Shown here: one piece after another, positions 8,666 to 17,320 of the stretch
Layout: every line of letters starts with the position of its first letter
Numbering within the stretch: the first letter of the stretch is position 1
Virus record (IMG/VR): IMGVR_UViG_3300013119_000619
Length of the DNA: 20,000 nucleotides
Strand: one strand, 5' to 3'
Origin: an uncultured virus (IMG/VR IMGVR_UViG_3300013119_000619)
Taxonomy: Duplodnaviria > Heunggongvirae > Uroviricota > Caudoviricetes
Translations under genes and position numbers: made by a program
Notes under the pieces: model-generated
Seen by the model: only the letters and a program-made list of their open reading frames with translations
What the model was told of the DNA's origin: nothing
Database searches by the model: none

Positions 8666-9466
8666 ATGGAAACAGAACAAACTACAAATATTAATGATGG
8701 TCAAGCATCCACTGATGATCCATCAAAACTTGATCAGACTGAACAAATTAAAGTATTAAATGAGGTATTAGGTTATGAATATGATGCCTCAGCAGTTGGT
8801 AACTTAATAAATGATAATGAATATGCAGACCCTAACAATACAGAATTTGTATGGCCAAAGGATTATATAAGAATAAACACGGCTAGATGGGCTGATTCCG
8901 TATTAGGACCAAATGCGCCCGATCCAATGATACATTTAGAATCGTTTAATGGAACACAATTACATTTAGACCTTATTCAGTATAGAAATTCAAAAGAAGC
9001 ATATGAGAATGATAATATTCACATTTCACCAATAACAGAAGCCTTTCTAAAATCCCCTTTTAATGATGTAGAAATGATTAGTAGAGAGACAGAACGATTT
9101 TTGGTTAAATTAGATGAAGAGAATAAAAGATACGATGCTTTCAAAAAACATTATGATCCTGAAGAACAAAGACTTTTTGAAGAATGGAAAATGAATAAAG
9201 ATCCCGATGAAGAAGTTGAAGATAATTCAAATTTCAATCAAGAAAATGAAAATGTTGAACCAAGGAGTGTTTGGGAACTTCTTTCAGAAGCAACTACCGA
9301 AGATTTATTTAAATTTAAATTAGATATTTTTGAACAAGAAGTGGTGCAAGAATCTGAAAACAGAGAATTAAGATCCAAAATAAGAAAATCAAAATCTATT
9401 TGTGAAGTGTGTGCGACCTATCAAACCCTTCTCGATAATGAACCGAATAAAATTAATGAAGAATAA
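8666..9466 (+). CDS. Acidic hypothetical phage protein (266 aa)
   Basis: AAGGA Shine-Dalgarno before ATG 8666. E/D/N-rich, with a C-terminal helical segment EDLFKFKLDIFEQEVVQESENRELRSKIRKSKS. It sits between the two putative virion paralogs. Confidence 0.75.
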   Translation: METEQTTNINDGQASTDDPSKLDQTEQIKVLNEVLGYEYDASAVGNLINDNEYADPNNTEFVWPKDYIRINTARWADSVLGPNAPDPMIHLESFNGTQLHLDLIQYRNSKEAYENDNIHISPITEAFLKSPFNDVEMISRETERFLVKLDEENKRYDAFKKHYDPEEQRLFEEWKMNKDPDEEVEDNSNFNQENENVEPRSVWELLSEATTEDLFKFKLDIFEQEVVQESENRELRSKIRKSKSICEVCATYQTLLDNEPNKINEE

Positions 9467-9469
9467 AAA

Positions 9470-10609
9470 ATGGCAGTAAATAGACCGATAAGATGGGATT
9501 CATCAGGTTATCTTAAAGAAATGTCGGATAGTGATCTTGAATTATTATCTTATCATTTACGTAAAGCATGGGCATCCGATTTATCCGCTACTTATACAGG
9601 TACCGCCGACAGAGATGGTTCAGCCACTTCAACTAATGGTTTTGGTGCAATGTATAGAGCAGGTAGTGGATCAGCATCTAGTGCAGATTATAATTATATC
9701 CAAACTCTTACAGATAAAAGAAAAAATGCAGTTTATACGTCTAAATCAAATAATGCTCATGATAATTATGGAGATGATGATGATACTTTTACTGGTCCTA
9801 CAGAGGCGGATTTCGATACATCAGAATCCGTCAGACAATCATTTTATTATGAAGAGTGGTTAAATGCAACTCCACCCCCTGAACCGACTCCTACAATTAG
9901 AAATGTAAACACATATGTTAAATGGGATACCGCATCATCTGCTTTACAAATAGAAGGTATTGATGCCAATTTGCTTGATACGATTATTGCTCACGCAAAT
10001 TATAATATGATGAATGATGATGGGGTTGGACTTTTATCAGTCGCTACTTCAAGTCCTGGTGGTGATTATACTGACTTAGGCACGTTTCATCAAAACACCA
10101 TAATGTCATTTGATACAGGTAGTCCTGACACAGGCGGTGGAGGTTCATCAGTTGTTGCAACAAATAAATTATACATCAGAACACAAAATTCATCATTTGA
10201 TGAAGCAACACCAAGAGGTTCTGAAACATCAAAATTCATGCTTTGGAATTCTGGTAATAATTATTTAGAACAAGTAGATATAGCCACAAATGATTATGCA
10301 TATATTATAACTAATATACTTTTACCAGCATGGAAAAGAAGTGCATCTTTTGATGGTGTTTCTGGAGATTATGGGTTTCCAAGATATAAATTTGAAACTT
10401 CTGCGCCAAGCAATACTTATGACAGAAATCAAGGAACTTTATTAGATACTGTTTATACAGATAGTTCTGAACAAGGTGTTTGGGGTGAGGGTATTGGAAC
10501 CACATCTGGAACATATTATAAGGCTCGATATGGATCTGGTGCTATAACAACAAATACAACTCACTATTTTACTGCATATGTTCCATCAGGTGCAATCAGG
10601 ACCGTGTAG
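9470..10609 (+). CDS. Putative phage virion structural protein (379 aa), paralog of 6898-8655
   Basis: N-terminus MAVNRPIRWDSSGYLKEMSDSDLE. S/T/G-rich and Cys-free, with three motifs shared with the 585-aa protein. Confidence 0.7.
   Translation: MAVNRPIRWDSSGYLKEMSDSDLELLSYHLRKAWASDLSATYTGTADRDGSATSTNGFGAMYRAGSGSASSADYNYIQTLTDKRKNAVYTSKSNNAHDNYGDDDDTFTGPTEADFDTSESVRQSFYYEEWLNATPPPEPTPTIRNVNTYVKWDTASSALQIEGIDANLLDTIIAHANYNMMNDDGVGLLSVATSSPGGDYTDLGTFHQNTIMSFDTGSPDTGGGGSSVVATNKLYIRTQNSSFDEATPRGSETSKFMLWNSGNNYLEQVDIATNDYAYIITNILLPAWKRSASFDGVSGDYGFPRYKFETSAPSNTYDRNQGTLLDTVYTDSSEQGVWGEGIGTTSGTYYKARYGSGAITTNTTHYFTAYVPSGAIRTV
9761..9786 (+). repeat. 26-nt exact direct repeat, copy 2
   Basis: Identical to 7210-7235. 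Confidence 0.9.
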
Positions 10610-11252
10610 GTAAATTGATAAATTTTCCACCAAACATTTGATGTATTATTTTTATGTCTGGGTTATAACCATCTAGATATAACCAGTCACCTGGATATAA
10701 TGTATTCATTCTTGCCCACCACTCTTTTGTCGGATTCTTCACACTTTTAGTAAACCAAGTCTCTGGTAAAAATTTTAATTCTAGCCTTTCCTTAACCGAA
10801 TCTTCTACAAAATATTGTTCACCATTTACTGGACCTACAGTAGTGCCATTATCTATATAAAATCTCTGCCAATATAATTTGTCTTTCATGAATTTTTCGT
10901 AAATATATTTACAATCTTTTGGATAATATTTAAAAAATCCACCGTTCACAGAATATGAAAGTCCAGATTTTGCGGTGTCTCTCCACCATGATTTTGCTGA
11001 AAGAAATTGACCTCGTTCTATTGGATAATTTATAGCATCCATATAATCATTTATAAATTCTAAATCAATATCAATCACAACAACCGGTTCATCAATATCC
11101 ATATTCATAACTCGCATTTTATTCCACTGCAATCTCACACCATCTAATTCATCACGTATCCATGTGACATTTGGTAATTTAGAATTGATGTAATTTTCTA
11201 CATCTTGTCCAAATTTCTCACCTATTCTAATAGCAAATACTCTTGTGTCCAT
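10596..11252 (-). CDS. Small GT-A fold nucleotide-diphospho-sugar transferase-like protein (218 aa)
   Basis: VFAIRIGEKFG...QWNKMRVM...VVVIDIDLEF (DxD)...VNGGFF...GEQYFV. Paralogous pattern with the 186-aa and 241-aa ORFs. Confidence 0.72.
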   Translation of the reverse strand: MDTRVFAIRIGEKFGQDVENYINSKLPNVTWIRDELDGVRLQWNKMRVMNMDIDEPVVVIDIDLEFINDYMDAINYPIERGQFLSAKSWWRDTAKSGLSYSVNGGFFKYYPKDCKYIYEKFMKDKLYWQRFYIDNGTTVGPVNGEQYFVEDSVKERLELKFLPETWFTKSVKNPTKEWWARMNTLYPGDWLYLDGYNPDIKIIHQMFGGKFINLPTRS

Positions 11253-11782
11253 GGTATCTTTCTCATCATAGTGTGAAAATTATGATTAAATAAACAAACT
11301 GGATAATGCATTATTTCAGTAGAATACATGAATGACCAACAGGTTCTTTCATACAATTGTACTTCACATTCATTATAAAGATATTCGTCAATACCTCTCC
11401 AGTATTTCACTCTGCTATAATCTTCATCATTATAAAAATCATCGTAAATATAAGAATGATCCCCATACCATGACATAATTGATGAGTTGAAAGGTGTGTG
11501 TAATCTGTCTCTCCACCAAGCATATAAAGTTGTAAAATTATCACGTATAAGATGATTGACATCACCTTTTATAACAACATCCAAATCAAAATAAATATAA
11601 AATTTATTCTCCGTGCAGATATCAAACATTTTTAATTTATCGTATACTGCACCTTCACCCTCTCTTATGGCAATGATATTATCAATTTTTAATTTACCAA
11701 ACTTCTCTGCCATGTAAATTAAATTTTTTTCATACCACTCTTCATATTTGTCGCCTGTTCGCACAAAAACAAAATCTACCAT
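11222..11782 (-). CDS. Small GT-A fold nucleotide-diphospho-sugar transferase-like protein (186 aa)
   Basis: FVFVRTGDKY...YDKLKMF...IYFDLDVVIKG (DxD)...FNSSIMSW...GIDEYL. Confidence 0.75.
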   Translation of the reverse strand: MVDFVFVRTGDKYEEWYEKNLIYMAEKFGKLKIDNIIAIREGEGAVYDKLKMFDICTENKFYIYFDLDVVIKGDVNHLIRDNFTTLYAWWRDRLHTPFNSSIMSWYGDHSYIYDDFYNDEDYSRVKYWRGIDEYLYNECEVQLYERTCWSFMYSTEIMHYPVCLFNHNFHTMMRKIPWTQEYLLLE

Positions 11783-12570
11783 TGCCCTATAACCATGTAT
11801 CTATCGTATAACGGCAACTTTTGAGTGCCTTTATATAATACTCGATTAATATGATTTTTATCAATCAATTCTTCAACATTATTTACGCAATTAATATGAT
11901 CGTCTAACGTAAAATAATTATTTGATTGTATTGCTAAAATAGGAGAATCAGGATAATCTTTATAATATTTTCTCATCGACACAATATCCGACATATGTTC
12001 GGAAGAAGTATTAATGACAATATGCCTTCTACGTAAATCAGTTCTTTCAAAATAATCTCCATATTGAGCAATTTTAAAAGCAGGATCGAAATGATTTATA
12101 TATTGAGCAACCACTTTATGACAATTCTCATCTATGTCATACAAATCAATTTGTTTTATCTTAAAAATACCAGATAACAACTCTATTAATGGAAACCCAA
12201 ACCATGATCCTATAATATCGATGTGTACTTCATCAGTGTATAATTTGATATTTTTTAATTTTTTTATTAGCCAAAGTTTTGAATCATATTGCCCTTGTGA
12301 AACAGAATCCTCAAAACTTTGATAATAAGATGGTATATTATTATTAACCCACTGACTTACCCAATAATATGGTGTCTCTCTATTTTTGTTCTCACAAATT
12401 GAAATATGTTCTTTCTCAACACCTATTTCATCCCTAACTTGACCAATTTTATCACGGATTAATCCGATTTCGATGTTATGTTCACCAATGACCCCATTCA
12501 ATTCTCCTATTTTAATTTTATGATCACTGATTTTATTTTTATTCTGACGCCAATTTTTAATTTGATCCAT
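11776..12570 (-). CDS. Class I SAM-dependent methyltransferase-like protein with N-terminal coiled coil (264 aa)
   Basis: IDIIGSWFG (motif I-like), IDLYDID (motif II-like), IVINTSSEHM. Start re-assigned to ATG 12570 (MDQIK), giving a short overlap with the upstream gene instead of the 68-nt overlap in the track. Confidence 0.7.
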   Translation of the reverse strand: MDQIKNWRQNKNKISDHKIKIGELNGVIGEHNIEIGLIRDKIGQVRDEIGVEKEHISICENKNRETPYYWVSQWVNNNIPSYYQSFEDSVSQGQYDSKLWLIKKLKNIKLYTDEVHIDIIGSWFGFPLIELLSGIFKIKQIDLYDIDENCHKVVAQYINHFDPAFKIAQYGDYFERTDLRRRHIVINTSSEHMSDIVSMRKYYKDYPDSPILAIQSNNYFTLDDHINCVNNVEELIDKNHINRVLYKGTQKLPLYDRYMVIGQW

Positions 12571-12979
12571 AAACGCAATATTGATTATATTTTTTATTTC
12601 TACTCGGAACAATAAACGAGTCAAAAACGTTTGTTATATTATTCTGTTCTATTAATTGTTCAACAGATTTTATTGGATTACAATCTCCATTATGCTCTTT
12701 ATCATCACCTTTTAGAATTAATGTCAAACCTTTTTTCATTTTACCAACAGGGAAAGTTTTTTCACAATTATAATTCACTACACAATCTTTTGAAAATGTC
12801 ACATCATCAAATACAAAGTCTTTACATGTGATTGTAGGTATATCTCTAAAATTTATATCATAATTAATACACTCTACGTCAATACCTAGCCCTCTTATTT
12901 TTTTTAATAACAAAAAACTAGGGCAACAGAGAAGTGTAACCTCATCATGATTTATAATCCATTCGAGTAACTTATCCAT
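12557..12979 (-). CDS. Short, degenerate paralog of the adjacent methyltransferase-like protein (140 aa)
   Basis: CVVNYNCEK...NPIKSVEQLIEQNNITNVF...YNQYCVYG aligns by eye with IVINTSSEH...NCVNNVEELIDKNHINRVL...YDRYMVIG of the downstream gene. Confidence 0.65.
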   Translation of the reverse strand: MDKLLEWIINHDEVTLLCCPSFLLLKKIRGLGIDVECINYDINFRDIPTITCKDFVFDDVTFSKDCVVNYNCEKTFPVGKMKKGLTLILKGDDKEHNGDCNPIKSVEQLIEQNNITNVFDSFIVPSRNKKYNQYCVYGSN

Positions 12980-13677
12980 AGATCCTTTGCTGATGATTCA
13001 TGCAATTCAAAATGTTTAACATCATGCATATTTTTATTATTATACAAATGAGATGTATTAAAAAGAGTTGCCTTATTTCTCAGTTCATATCCCTGCTTGT
13101 TGAAATTTGAGAATATTCCATCTTCCCACAAATTTAATTTGTTTTTTCTAAAATGCTGATAAAACAAATATTTGTCTAAACTTTTATAAGTCCATTCAAT
13201 TTTTTCCCAATGTTTATGAGTATAATCTAAAAGCCATGTTGCAGTGCCTTTATCCCAAGCAACAAACGATGAGTTTGTATGGCAAGATACACCACGACCA
13301 AAATTAAACAAACTCAATCTTTCGTAATCATTCCAATAATTCCATATGAAAGTTATATTATTGTGAGGTCTCGTGATAACTTCGGTCATATCATCATGTA
13401 CTAATAAATCTAAATCTATCCACAAATTTTTATCATATTCATCTTTGTCAATTAACATTAATTTTTCATATGTAAATACTCTTTTTGTATCATAAGGTCT
13501 TAATTCTTGAATATCCCTAACCTCAATATTTGAATTTATACCGTCTGAATTATCCGTGTAACACGTAAAAAGAAATGGTACTCTACAATGACGTAACAAT
13601 CCACCATATGATCTATTCACATATTCGGGCCCATAAAGAGAGCCCCATTTAAGACAATTAATTTTTATTTTACTCAT
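12952..13677 (-). CDS. Small GT-A fold nucleotide-diphospho-sugar transferase-like protein (241 aa)
   Basis: INCLKWGSLYGPEYVNR...FTCYTDN...YEKLMLI...LWIDLDLLV (DxD)...TNSSFVAW...SLDKYL. Confidence 0.78.
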   Translation of the reverse strand: MSKIKINCLKWGSLYGPEYVNRSYGGLLRHCRVPFLFTCYTDNSDGINSNIEVRDIQELRPYDTKRVFTYEKLMLIDKDEYDKNLWIDLDLLVHDDMTEVITRPHNNITFIWNYWNDYERLSLFNFGRGVSCHTNSSFVAWDKGTATWLLDYTHKHWEKIEWTYKSLDKYLFYQHFRKNKLNLWEDGIFSNFNKQGYELRNKATLFNTSHLYNNKNMHDVKHFELHESSAKDLWISYSNGL

Positions 13678-14428
13678 AGATAAACTGTTCTTTTGATTTT
13701 TGTTTTTTAAAAATATTTTTATGAAATTCTTCCAAAAGAGATCTATTACTAAAAAAATTTAAAATAATATTCGACAATATTTTATGATTACAATACGATA
13801 AATGATTTGCTCTTTGATTATTCATTGTATCCGAATTATGCCTCAACTCATTTTCACATAAAGATACATTCCATAAAATATTTGAATTGAGATTGAAATA
13901 ATCATCATTAAGACTCGATAATTCATAATGATCATATTTTTTATATTCGAAACAACGAAAACAAATTGTTTTTATTTTTTTTAAATTTGAAAATGTTTTT
14001 AAAAAATATAAGTTTTTTATATTTGCCCTATCTATTTCCTCTTTGAGGGTGTCATATGTTGATATGATATCGTAAGAAAAATTCTCAATATACAATTCTA
14101 TTTCTTTTGGAAATATCAATTCATTATTCAAAAAATAATCTATATAATCATATCCTAAATCTTTATCATCCAAGAATTTAAACGGTAATCTATATTGAGA
14201 AGATAACATAAAAATAATTTTATCACCCTCTTTTATATTATTTTGTTCAACATGTTCATAAAAAAATTTAAATGATGAATATGGGCCTTTTCCGCCTTCT
14301 GATGTATTGACAACATTTTCTCTCATCTCTCTCATTACAATATCATACCACAAATCATCTATCTCACCATCATAATAACAATCGTCATATCGACATGAAA
14401 AACTATCTCCAAAAATAAAAATTGTCAT
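13670..14428 (-). CDS. SGNH/GDSL hydrolase-like protein (252 aa)
   Basis: N-terminal IFIFGDSFS (block I), NTSEGGKG (block II), C-terminal ANHLS (catalytic His region). Ends in FIYE. Confidence 0.7.
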   Translation of the reverse strand: MTIFIFGDSFSCRYDDCYYDGEIDDLWYDIVMREMRENVVNTSEGGKGPYSSFKFFYEHVEQNNIKEGDKIIFMLSSQYRLPFKFLDDKDLGYDYIDYFLNNELIFPKEIELYIENFSYDIISTYDTLKEEIDRANIKNLYFLKTFSNLKKIKTICFRCFEYKKYDHYELSSLNDDYFNLNSNILWNVSLCENELRHNSDTMNNQRANHLSYCNHKILSNIILNFFSNRSLLEEFHKNIFKKQKSKEQFIYE

Positions 14429-14434
14429 TTAATT

Positions 14435-15337
14435 TTACTCATAGATAAAAGTAGGAGGAGGCGGTTCATCACCAAAATCTTCAGCAAAAGGATCATCATA
14501 ATATTCATATGCAAACCAACTTGTGTCTGGATCATCATTATTTAAAATATCATTACAAAATTTAGCAAAATTTATATTTTGTTTTTCGGTCATATGATTA
14601 TATAATGCTGCCTTCGTCCTTATTATTCCTACCATAAAAGATATTGGAGTTCTCACATAATAAAAATTAGGCGAATTCAAATTTTCAAAATCCAGTTTAT
14701 CTAATAATCCTGTAGATTCTATATTGAAATTTTTACACTTTGACGTATAATGATTTAAACTAAAACAGGTAAATACAAGAAATTTTATTTTTTTATTTTG
14801 TTTAGACAATAAGTGTAAAAATGTTATATTTTTTACGTTTTCATAAAGAAACATTGGACCGAGAGTATTTGCGACTGTTTTTATTTCATTCTCATGTTTA
14901 AAAAATCTTGTTTTATCGTAGATGACTACTTGAACTATGTTGTTAAAGAGTGGATGCAAGAGATTGAAATGTTCTTGTATTTCTTCATCAGAAGAGTCTT
15001 TGGTTATTTCTCCGCCTTTTAACTGGATGTGTAATTGCGAATCTTTTCGTATTTCTTCTGCTAATAGAAACATACCATCTGCCGATACACCCTCGTGTTC
15101 TAACCATGGAAATTCCATTCTTTTTTGATCGGAAAGCAATACAATAACAGTATCAAACTTTCTTATTTTGTTGCTCTCGTAGTCACGAATTAATTTTTTT
15201 AAACTCCAATTAGGTCCTGTTCCACCTGCACCATTACTAAGCAATTTTTGTTTTTGCATTTTTGCTAATTCAAATGGCCAATGACCTTTTTCCCAAGTGC
15301 ATTCACCAAAACTATCTGAATATAAATGTATTGACAT
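14435..15337 (-). CDS. SGNH/GDSL hydrolase-like protein (300 aa), paralog of 13670-14428
   Basis: Start re-assigned to ATG 15337, 1 nt after the TAA of the radical SAM gene: MSIHLYSDSFG...NGAGGTGP...YNHMT. Ends in FIYE. Confidence 0.65.
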   Translation of the reverse strand: MSIHLYSDSFGECTWEKGHWPFELAKMQKQKLLSNGAGGTGPNWSLKKLIRDYESNKIRKFDTVIVLLSDQKRMEFPWLEHEGVSADGMFLLAEEIRKDSQLHIQLKGGEITKDSSDEEIQEHFNLLHPLFNNIVQVVIYDKTRFFKHENEIKTVANTLGPMFLYENVKNITFLHLLSKQNKKIKFLVFTCFSLNHYTSKCKNFNIESTGLLDKLDFENLNSPNFYYVRTPISFMVGIIRTKAALYNHMTEKQNINFAKFCNDILNNDDPDTSWFAYEYYDDPFAEDFGDEPPPPTFIYE

Positions 15338-15338
15338 T

Positions 15339-16382
15339 TTATCTCCATTGATCACCAAATGCATCAAATCCTGTTCCACATTTTTCTGCACAAACTTTTG
15401 ATTTACCATTCGAACAACTTGAAATATTCCATGATTTTTCTATATTTTGAAAAAAACTTCCCTCTATAATTTTTCGCAAAGGATTATGTAAGGCATTAAT
15501 AGTTTGTAACTCATTATTGAGATATGACCACATTTGATTTTGTCCCAAACGTTCATAAGATTTGTAAAGTTTACCAGCCGTCCAACAACAAGGAGTTACT
15601 AATCCTTCTGCTGAAATATATATTTCTCTCGTTTGTAAGGATTTACATACTATTTCTGTAGCATCAAGATATGAATTAAAATCTCCATGGTTGTTTATTA
15701 ACTTTTCGTAATCATTTACACTCTTGTTCTGATATTCTTTTTTGCTCGGTGGTTTAATCTCATTACCTTTAGATGTTTCCTTTTTGTCTATTTTATTTCC
15801 TTTGTATGATTGTACCCATCTGCCTGTTTTTTTCTTTATAAATTCAAGACCAAATAGTTTTGCCATACGTTCTGCTTCTTCTACTTGATGTTCATTATGT
15901 TCGAATATTAAAAAAACCCAAAGACCTTTTCCTCCTGCTTGTGTATAAACGTCCATTGAATTTTCAACTCTTTTCCAATCAACATTAACTCTATATAGAT
16001 GATTTGTATCTTCAAGTCCATCAACTGAAAAAGTAACCTTACCGTTTTTTCCAAAAATTTTTGCAAGATTTTTCCACCAATCATTTGATCGACCACCTCC
16101 ATTTGTTGTCATATGTAGATAGAGATCAGAATTATTATATCTTAACCATTCATACATGTCAAGCGTATCTTTTGCAACCATAGGATCACCATGATTTCCG
16201 CACATGAGAAAACTATTTAATTGCTTTGCAAAATCAGAATCTATTATTTGCTTGAATTGATCTAAGGAAAGTTCAGCATTTTTGATGTGAGGATTATTTG
16301 TTCTATCACACATCGGACATAATGCTTGACACCTCTGAGTTGGTTCAAAATGAACGTGAGTTATTTCAGTAGATTTATACAT
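15339..16382 (-). CDS. Radical SAM protein with C-terminal SPASM/twitch-like Cys cluster (347 aa)
   Basis: CQALCPMC (CxxxCxxC), MCGNHGDP, MTTNGG, FSVDG; C-terminal VCK...PCC...CAEKC. Start is probably ATG 16382 (MYKSTEIT). Confidence 0.9.
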   Translation of the reverse strand: MYKSTEITHVHFEPTQRCQALCPMCDRTNNPHIKNAELSLDQFKQIIDSDFAKQLNSFLMCGNHGDPMVAKDTLDMYEWLRYNNSDLYLHMTTNGGGRSNDWWKNLAKIFGKNGKVTFSVDGLEDTNHLYRVNVDWKRVENSMDVYTQAGGKGLWVFLIFEHNEHQVEEAERMAKLFGLEFIKKKTGRWVQSYKGNKIDKKETSKGNEIKPPSKKEYQNKSVNDYEKLINNHGDFNSYLDATEIVCKSLQTREIYISAEGLVTPCCWTAGKLYKSYERLGQNQMWSYLNNELQTINALHNPLRKIIEGSFFQNIEKSWNISSCSNGKSKVCAEKCGTGFDAFGDQWR

Positions 16383-17320
16383 TTTGTTTTTAAGACATTT
16401 AAACAATCATCAAAATTACCAGAGCAAAAATGTCCTTGATTATTAAATTCATTTTTGAATTCTTCTAGTTTTGTAAATGCTATCGTATCAATTTTCATTG
16501 CTCTTGATAGGTGTGTCCACATACCTTCCGATGATATAAAAAAATGACTTCTTGATAATAACTCAACATTTCTTTCATAATTTACATCCTCCAATCTTAC
16601 AAAAGTTAGGTTTGAAAATTTACTTTTAGCCTTTTCAAACTTTTTCAGCATTTCAAAAGTTATTGATGTGTATTCATCAGCATTATGTTCAACAAAAGAC
16701 CCATCATCATTAATCATATAGAACATAAATGTAATTATCGTTTTAGTTTTTGGTTCAAAATTTATCGGCCAATATTTACCATCTTCCCAAAATTGATCAT
16801 GAGATTTTAAATAGATTTTATTTTTATAAAAATTATTTCTATCACATTCTTCAAACCGTTTATAATTATTTTTTTTGTTAGTTATTATTTTATGTTTGAT
16901 TGGTTTACAATTAAAAAATTCGATAACGTCATAAAAATTATTGGCAGATAATATTAACTCTTTTTTTACCTGCGAGTTTGGATTTGGTTTAGTATATAAA
17001 TTAATTTGAACATCTATTGCATGTCCAAAAGAATTAATGGTGTACAAAAGAATAGTAGTCATAATAAATCTATCCCCCAAACCACCATCATTTAAAGGAA
17101 AATCAAATGTCAAAATATTTTCTGGAAAGGCATTATATTTTTTTATATACCAAAAAATGACATTTTTATAAAACTGGAGACTGTTATGATCTGCTTTAAA
17201 TTGTTTAATAAAATTATTTGTAGCATCAAAATTAAATAGTATTAAAGATGAATATTGCTGTAACTCTCTTAAAGTATAATCTTCTATAATTTTTTTAATT
17301 GATCGTTCGTCCATAATCAT
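16361..17320 (-). CDS. Hypothetical protein with GT-B / GT9 (heptosyltransferase)-like motifs (319 aa)
   Basis: GGLGDRFI and C-terminal LLSRSHFFISSEGMWTHLSRAMKIDTIAF, resembling the GT9 pattern FIGxDSGxxHLAxA. Confidence 0.55.
   Translation of the reverse strand: MIMDERSIKKIIEDYTLRELQQYSSLILFNFDATNNFIKQFKADHNSLQFYKNVIFWYIKKYNAFPENILTFDFPLNDGGLGDRFIMTTILLYTINSFGHAIDVQINLYTKPNPNSQVKKELILSANNFYDVIEFFNCKPIKHKIITNKKNNYKRFEECDRNNFYKNKIYLKSHDQFWEDGKYWPINFEPKTKTIITFMFYMINDDGSFVEHNADEYTSITFEMLKKFEKAKSKFSNLTFVRLEDVNYERNVELLSRSHFFISSEGMWTHLSRAMKIDTIAFTKLEEFKNEFNNQGHFCSGNFDDCLNVLKTKCINLLK

Noticed and set aside
7210..9786. CRISPR repeat or DGR template/variable repeat pair
   Set aside because: Only two short copies 2.5 kb apart, both in frame within genes. 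There are no spacers, no adenine-specific mismatches and no reverse transcriptase in the window.
2457..16102. Short track ORFs (2457, 3027, 7453, 7541, 8204, 9531, 10311, 12134, 12631, 14937, 15908)
   Set aside because: All are nested antisense or out of frame within longer, motif-supported genes and have no recognisable features.
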